A stretch of 20,875 nt of DNA, taken from Abditibacteriaceae bacterium (GTDB taxonomy: Bacteria; Armatimonadota; Abditibacteriia; Abditibacteriales; Abditibacteriaceae). Below the pieces are notes generated by a model that was given only the letters and a program-made list of their open reading frames with translations, had not been told where the DNA came from and did no database searches. The translations under genes were made by a program, and so were the position numbers. Shown here one piece after another: positions 17,161 through 20,875 of this stretch. The stretch covers positions 1-20,875 of the forward strand of contig JANMKN010000141.1 of NCBI GenBank assembly GCA_031372065.1, given 5' to 3'. Within the stretch, counting starts at the first letter, position 1, and each line of letters begins with the position of its first letter.

Positions 17161-17330
17161 AGTTGTCTGGTGGCCCTTTTAAAGGCGAAACCTAACAACT
17201 CGTCTCGTTTACCTGTTTTGCAATTGAATGAGGTTTCCTGACTATAGCCCGTGGTTTGAACCTACTGAATATCAAATCTGCGTCGGATGGGCGCGAGATT
17301 TGTCACTTGTTAAGCAGAAAAGGAATTTTC

Positions 17331-20105
17331 ATGAAAACTCAATGGATTTTGGCCCTCGTCCCGCTGTTTTTATCATTAAACATAGCCCACGCACAAGAAG
17401 AACAAACTGTGCGAGTGCCGCTGAAAGCGGACATGGTGAAAAGCGAATCGGAACTGGCCGATTTTTCGGGTTTGGTGGATGAGCAGGATGCCATTGGCGA
17501 CCCGCCCAAAGTCGAAGCCAAAACAGCGTGGCAAATCAATTCGCAAAACAACAAAAAGTTTCCTTTTGCAGCGGTCATTGATTTGGGCGCGGAAAAACAT
17601 CTGGCGGCGCTGTGGTTTTACGACATCAACAATATCGGCGACATGGCGCTTTATGGCGGCGAGCCTAATAATTGGAAGCTGCTGGCCGAAGCCAAAACCG
17701 ATCGCTATATGAGTTGGCAAAAAGTGCCTTTACAGGCCACTTCGCGCTATATGCGCCTTGAATTAAAATCGCCTGCCGCCATTATCAGCGAAATCGCGCT
17801 TTATGTTTATACCGACGATGGTTTCAAGGCGCTGCAAGCGCGTTTGGCGCGCGAAAAACAAGAAAAACTCGAACGCGAAACAGCTTTAGCCAAAGCGAAA
17901 ACCGAAGCGGCCAATCGTCCTGTTATCGAAATGGCGCCGTTTGGCAAATTGTCGCTCGTTGATGAAATCGAAGTCGGCGCGGCCAATCCCGATCATTTGT
18001 TTGAAGAAAGTCCGGCGGGCGTTTCGCGTGTGGAAAATATTTTGGGCAAAGCGTGCCGCGTTTTGCCGCCCACCGAAGGCGAAAGCGCTTACATGAGTTT
18101 TCGCATCGGGCGCTTTAAATTGCTCAAACCGGGCGCGCAATATGTTTTGGCGCTTGATTATCCCGAAGACGCTTCGCGCAGTTGGGTTATTCAAAACGGC
18201 GGCAGCGAAACCTCGCGCGGTTTTCACACCGGGCGCGCTTTGGGCGATGCGTTTCATGCCAAATATGTCAATAGCTTGGTCGAATCGCTGAATGTGCCGC
18301 TTAGTGGAAAAATGGAGACGTGGAAACTGTTTTTTTCGCTGCATGACCGCTTTCCACAGCGCGCTTTTATTCGCGGCAAAGGCGAACGCGCCCTCACGCC
18401 CGACGATGGCTTTCCTGTCACTATCGCGCAGTTTTCGGCGCCCAACATTCCGGCTTCGCAAGGCGCCGCCGTTTCGCGCATTCGCTTGTTTGAAGTGTTG
18501 GAACCGCAGAATTTGAAAGCGACTTATAACTTGCCACAAGGCTTGCCGCAGCGTCATTCATTTTGGCGCGAAGAAATGGCCGACGGTGTGATTGAAAGCG
18601 AAAAAGAAAGCGAACGCGGCCTGAAAAATCCTCTCGATTGGTATGCCTATAAAGCGCGCCTGATGCACTTTTTAGGCATGAATACTTACGCTAAAGATTT
18701 GCTGGAATTCGGTGCCGTGCAGCATTGGGACACAACGGCGCATGGCGGCAACGATTGGGCGTTTTTCAACGCGGGCGCCAAAGATTTATGGGGCCAGATT
18801 ATTGATTTAATGGGCAAAGAAGGCTTCAGCGTGTTGCCGTATTACGAATATTCGGGCAGCAAAGGCTACAAAGGCTTGGGCAATCAGCGCCGCGCCAAAC
18901 CTCTGACGCGCGATGACGCTTATACGCACATCGAATGGATTGAGGCATCGAACGCCGACATCACCGACCCCGACACTTACGAAGACTTTAAGAAGATGCT
19001 GGACATCACCATTATCCAGCAGAAAACAAAGGCGCCGTTTGTGGGTTTGTGGCTGCGCCCGCGTTCGCAATTGCCGATGGGTTTTGGCGATGCCACGCGT
19101 GAACGCTTTGCCCAAGAAGCCAATGGCGGCAAGGCCGTTTCGCGCGAAGAACTTAAAAAAGACGCGACGCTATTGGCGCGCTACGAAAAATGGTGGTTTG
19201 GCAAGCGCCGCGATTTTTTGGTGGCTATGCGCGATTATTTGGCGGGTAACGGCATCGCGCAACCGCTTGTGGTTTATACCGGCGAAGCGGGCGAACCGGG
19301 CGCCGGTTTCAACAGTTGGGAAGGGCGTTTAATTACCGATGATCCGGCGTTCTGGCAGCCGATTTTAAATCAACCGGCGCATATCAACGGCGACAAAAAA
19401 ATCACGCCGATTTCGGTGGATGAAGTCGTGAAAAAAGATATGTATCTCGAAGGTTTGCTGGCGCCGCCTCTGAATTGGGGCGGCTGGGAATGGCATCACG
19501 CCAATCCCCCACCCGATCCGGCGGATTTCAAAAACACGCCCGGAATTTTGATGACGCACGCTTTCAATCGGCTTTATACGGTTGCCTCGCCGAAGACACT
19601 CGACACATTTCGCGGCCCGTCTGGTTTGACGCTAATTCGTCATTATGCGCTCAACGAAAACATGATGTTCGACAAGGCGGACAAAGAAAAACTCGGCTAT
19701 TTCGTCGCCGATATGGAGCGCAGCGGGCCATATTGCATGATGGCCGAAGCCTTGGCGATGGCAAACGGCGACCCGACGGAAATCGGCTACCTTTCGGGCA
19801 ACAATTTCGGGCGCGGCTTTCCCGAATATGTGCGCGCTTTCAACACCGCGTTTTTGTCGCTGCCCGCTTTGCCAAGCCGCATTGTAGCAGGTGCTTCCAA
19901 TGACCCGGAAATCATCGTGCGCGAAATCAAAACCGAAGGCAAAGGCACTTACTACGCCCTTGTAAACACGGGAATGAAAGCCAAAACGAATGTGAAAATC
20001 AGCCTGCCCAATGGCGCGCCCTTGTTGGACGCCGCCACGCGAAAACCAATAATCGGCGCGCAGTCGTTTTATCCGTTTGAATTGAAAGCGTGGTTCAGGC
20101 CGTAA
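17331..20105 (+). CDS. Large secreted protein (924 aa): N-terminal discoidin/F5-8-like domain, helical linker, putative glycoside-hydrolase-like catalytic region
   Basis: Start reassigned to MKTQW (17331) after an AAGGA SD, with an AHA signal cleavage site. Discoidin-like AVIDLG...RYMRLEL...ISEIALY. The later region has TIM-barrel-like alternation (MHFLGMN, VLPYYEY, VGLWLRPR). The GH function is an inference. Confidence 0.8.
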   Translation: MKTQWILALVPLFLSLNIAHAQEEQTVRVPLKADMVKSESELADFSGLVDEQDAIGDPPKVEAKTAWQINSQNNKKFPFAAVIDLGAEKHLAALWFYDINNIGDMALYGGEPNNWKLLAEAKTDRYMSWQKVPLQATSRYMRLELKSPAAIISEIALYVYTDDGFKALQARLAREKQEKLERETALAKAKTEAANRPVIEMAPFGKLSLVDEIEVGAANPDHLFEESPAGVSRVENILGKACRVLPPTEGESAYMSFRIGRFKLLKPGAQYVLALDYPEDASRSWVIQNGGSETSRGFHTGRALGDAFHAKYVNSLVESLNVPLSGKMETWKLFFSLHDRFPQRAFIRGKGERALTPDDGFPVTIAQFSAPNIPASQGAAVSRIRLFEVLEPQNLKATYNLPQGLPQRHSFWREEMADGVIESEKESERGLKNPLDWYAYKARLMHFLGMNTYAKDLLEFGAVQHWDTTAHGGNDWAFFNAGAKDLWGQIIDLMGKEGFSVLPYYEYSGSKGYKGLGNQRRAKPLTRDDAYTHIEWIEASNADITDPDTYEDFKKMLDITIIQQKTKAPFVGLWLRPRSQLPMGFGDATRERFAQEANGGKAVSREELKKDATLLARYEKWWFGKRRDFLVAMRDYLAGNGIAQPLVVYTGEAGEPGAGFNSWEGRLITDDPAFWQPILNQPAHINGDKKITPISVDEVVKKDMYLEGLLAPPLNWGGWEWHHANPPPDPADFKNTPGILMTHAFNRLYTVASPKTLDTFRGPSGLTLIRHYALNENMMFDKADKEKLGYFVADMERSGPYCMMAEALAMANGDPTEIGYLSGNNFGRGFPEYVRAFNTAFLSLPALPSRIVAGASNDPEIIVREIKTEGKGTYYALVNTGMKAKTNVKISLPNGAPLLDAATRKPIIGAQSFYPFELKAWFRP
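20067..20105 (+). repeat. 39-bp perfect direct repeat, copy 1 (3' end of the 924-aa gene)
   Basis: ttttatccgtttgaattgaaagcgtggttcaggccgtaa, identical to 20822-20860. Confidence 0.97.
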
Positions 20106-20117
20106 AGAGGCAACACA

Positions 20118-20720
20118 ATGAAAACAATGTCATTGGTGGCAATCGTCGTGGTTCTACTTACCGTGTGTCGTATGGGACAGGCGGTAGAGCCGCCCAAATT
20201 CTTGAGCGCAACGTTTCAGGATATTCTCAGTCGCGTGGTGCGGCGCGATGTTGACAGTGGAGCCATTCTATCAGTCAAGGCCAAAGAGGATGCTTCAACA
20301 CTTAGACTGGACTTGCAATTCAAAATTGAAGAAACGCTTCATCAGAACGAAGTCGTCGTCGTAATTTGGAAAAATATGAAAACCAATGACGGCGTTTACG
20401 AAATGTATCGCCTCAAAATGGATGATGCTATTCAACAGGAACTGCGAAATCAAAAACGCTTTCAAGAATTGCAAAAGGAACGTCAAAAGAAGGCGTTAGA
20501 AGAGCGGGCGAAAAAGATTGAGCAATTGACCGAAGGCAAGCTGAAGTATGGCATGATGGCAAACGAGGTCGAGGCCATCAAAGGCAAGCCTCTTGTTGTC
20601 GAAAAAGTTAATGGGGGCGGAGCAGCGGGAATTCCGCCTGAAACATTTATTTGGGTTTATCCAAACCTCAAATTGCATTTCTATGGAGGAATGTTGACTG
20701 ATGCGGAACGCAACAATTAA
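20118..20720 (+). CDS. Hypothetical exported protein with coiled coil and C-terminal SmpA/OmlA-like alpha/beta motif
   Basis: AGAGG SD and signal peptide. Charged helix QKRFQELQKERQKKALEERAKKIEQL. Motif LKYGMMANEVEAIKGKP...WVYPNLKLHFYGGML. About 40% GC over 20281-20520 (hand count). Confidence 0.8.
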   Translation: MKTMSLVAIVVVLLTVCRMGQAVEPPKFLSATFQDILSRVVRRDVDSGAILSVKAKEDASTLRLDLQFKIEETLHQNEVVVVIWKNMKTNDGVYEMYRLKMDDAIQQELRNQKRFQELQKERQKKALEERAKKIEQLTEGKLKYGMMANEVEAIKGKPLVVEKVNGGGAAGIPPETFIWVYPNLKLHFYGGMLTDAERNN

Positions 20721-20731
20721 GAGTTAGGCCC

Positions 20732-20860
20732 ATGACGAAAGCCAAAATCAAAGTGGCGTGCAAGCTGCTCGGCGCTTTGCAAGATGGCGCGACGAGAAAA
20801 CCGATAAATAACACGCAGAATTTTTATCCGTTTGAATTGAAAGCGTGGTTCAGGCCGTAA
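20732..20860 (+). pseudogene. Orphan, diverged copy of the last ~42 codons of the 924-aa gene (includes 39-bp repeat copy 2 at 20822-20860)
   Basis: Translates to MTKAKIKVACKLLGALQDGATRKPINNTQNFYPFELKAWFRP*, versus MKAKTNVKISLPNGAPLLDAATRKPIIGAQSFYPFELKAWFRP* in the intact gene. Confidence 0.85.
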
Positions 20861-20875
20861 TTATGTATCCGCGTT

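Noticed and set aside
17161..17260. Possible c-di-GMP-I riboswitch (aaaggcgaaacc) or hairpin agttgt...acaact
   Set aside because: The GAAA tetraloop stem and GACGCAAAGC continuation are missing, and pairing is weak.
19974..20860. DGR template/variable repeat pair (several A-to-N differences near the 3' end, e.g. aac/ggc, acg/gcg)
   Set aside because: Many differences are at non-A positions, there are codon indels, and no reverse transcriptase is present in the window.

Overview
Gene-dense bacterial window. The DUF1559 N-terminal wording '[16 protein letters not shown]' suggests Armatimonadota/Abditibacteriota; this is an inference. The centre is a tightly coupled minus-strand operon (13907->5725): DUF1559/H-X9-DG pilin-like gene, membrane-anchored TPR, two CRTAC1-type (FG-GAP + ASPIC/UnbV) lipoproteins, a second TPR and a DUF4038/GH140-like hydrolase. 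To its right lie a third CRTAC1-type gene and a second, paralogous pilin-like gene with a conserved ~120-bp upstream region. To its left is a sulfatase-GH127-22-aa beta-repeat protein operon. At the right end is a large secreted discoidin/GH-like protein. Non-coding structure is rich. A 109-bp MITE has 17-bp TIRs and a 9-bp TSD (14035-14143). A Correia-like TATAG element carries a nested GTAG-REP doublet (17015-17160). Each of these begins 128 bp upstream of one pilin ATG. There is a REP cluster at the left edge. The 3' end of the large gene is duplicated in diverged form (39 bp perfect) and brackets a low-GC cargo ORF.
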